Of a DNA stretch of 64,000 nt, positions 63,857-64,000 are shown piece by piece. The translations under genes and the position numbers were made by a program. Below the pieces are notes generated by a model. The model searched no databases and was not told where the DNA came from. It was given only the letters and a program-made list of their open reading frames with translations. Position 1 is the stretch's first letter; each line of letters begins with the position of its first letter. The DNA is from Prevotella sp. (GTDB taxonomy: Bacteria; Bacteroidota; Bacteroidia; Bacteroidales; Bacteroidaceae), in contig JAIKWS010000085.1 of the NCBI GenBank assembly GCA_024684515.1, positions 7,375-71,374 on the forward strand, given 5' to 3'.

Positions 63857-64000
63857 TAACCCTGCCCACATGCCCCCTCGTCAGTAGCAAAGACGATAGG
63901 GCAGCTGTAGGGCTTCTATCTACAGATTCCTTTCCTATTCGTTTGGTGACAACATTCTGTTGCCCCAAGGGCAACAAAACATGTTATATCCCTTGCGGTG

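Noticed and set aside
63958-63976. Hairpin TGTTGCCC-caa-GGGCAACA after dnaA, as a terminator.
   Set aside because: It has an 8-bp stem but no U tract on either strand, and it lies about 100 nt from the stop near the window edge. This is too weak to call.

Overview
Bacteroidales-type chromosomal segment, probably Prevotellaceae-like. Supporting traits are TAnnTTTG -7 promoter boxes, acidic lipoprotein export signals, a T9SS C-terminal domain and a MurF-Alr fusion. All calls rest on reading the sequence and the ORF translations and on recalled family motifs; no database search was possible. The left half (6-33712) looks accessory and is dominated by two type V (FimA/Mfa1-class) pilus loci. Locus 1 (minus strand, 16843 down to 6) encodes a DUF3575/OmpA-like outer-membrane protein and a 7TM-AraC regulator. 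These are followed by a 1.38-kb gene-free, repeat-rich gap and then seven pilin-family lipoprotein genes. Five of these are tandem 621-692 aa Mfa1-like paralogs, and two carry thrombospondin type-3-like DxDxDG calcium-binding repeats just before the C-terminal donor-strand motif. Locus 2 (plus strand, 22398-33712) encodes a DUF3575/OmpA-like protein, an Mfa1-like stalk pilin, an Mfa2-like anchor and five accessory pilins, one fused to a FISUMP-like domain. Between the loci lie an orphan acidic lipoprotein, a translationally coupled Y-family polymerase/YolD-like pair, and an unknown 244-aa gene. That gene is preceded by a palindromic array of exactly 11-bp-phased repeats. The right half (33911-64000) is housekeeping:
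- a GH9-like hydrolase operon
- dnaG, queD, queE, cls and rsmD
- a RecD-like helicase and an HD hydrolase
- an LptD-like protein
- a hexuronate-type operon (orphan PTS EIIC, a KduI with a signal peptide, an MFS transporter)
- murF-alr, a nitroreductase and a T9SS M6 metalloprotease
- a Cys-less TSCPD-like ORF, folB, an amidase with a SPOR domain, an MlaD-like protein and dnaA

The best candidates for something undescribed are the multi-stalk pilus operon with calcium-repeat pilins, the inverted-repeat and tandem-repeat architecture of the gap upstream of it, and the 11-bp iteron-like array with its unknown gene.
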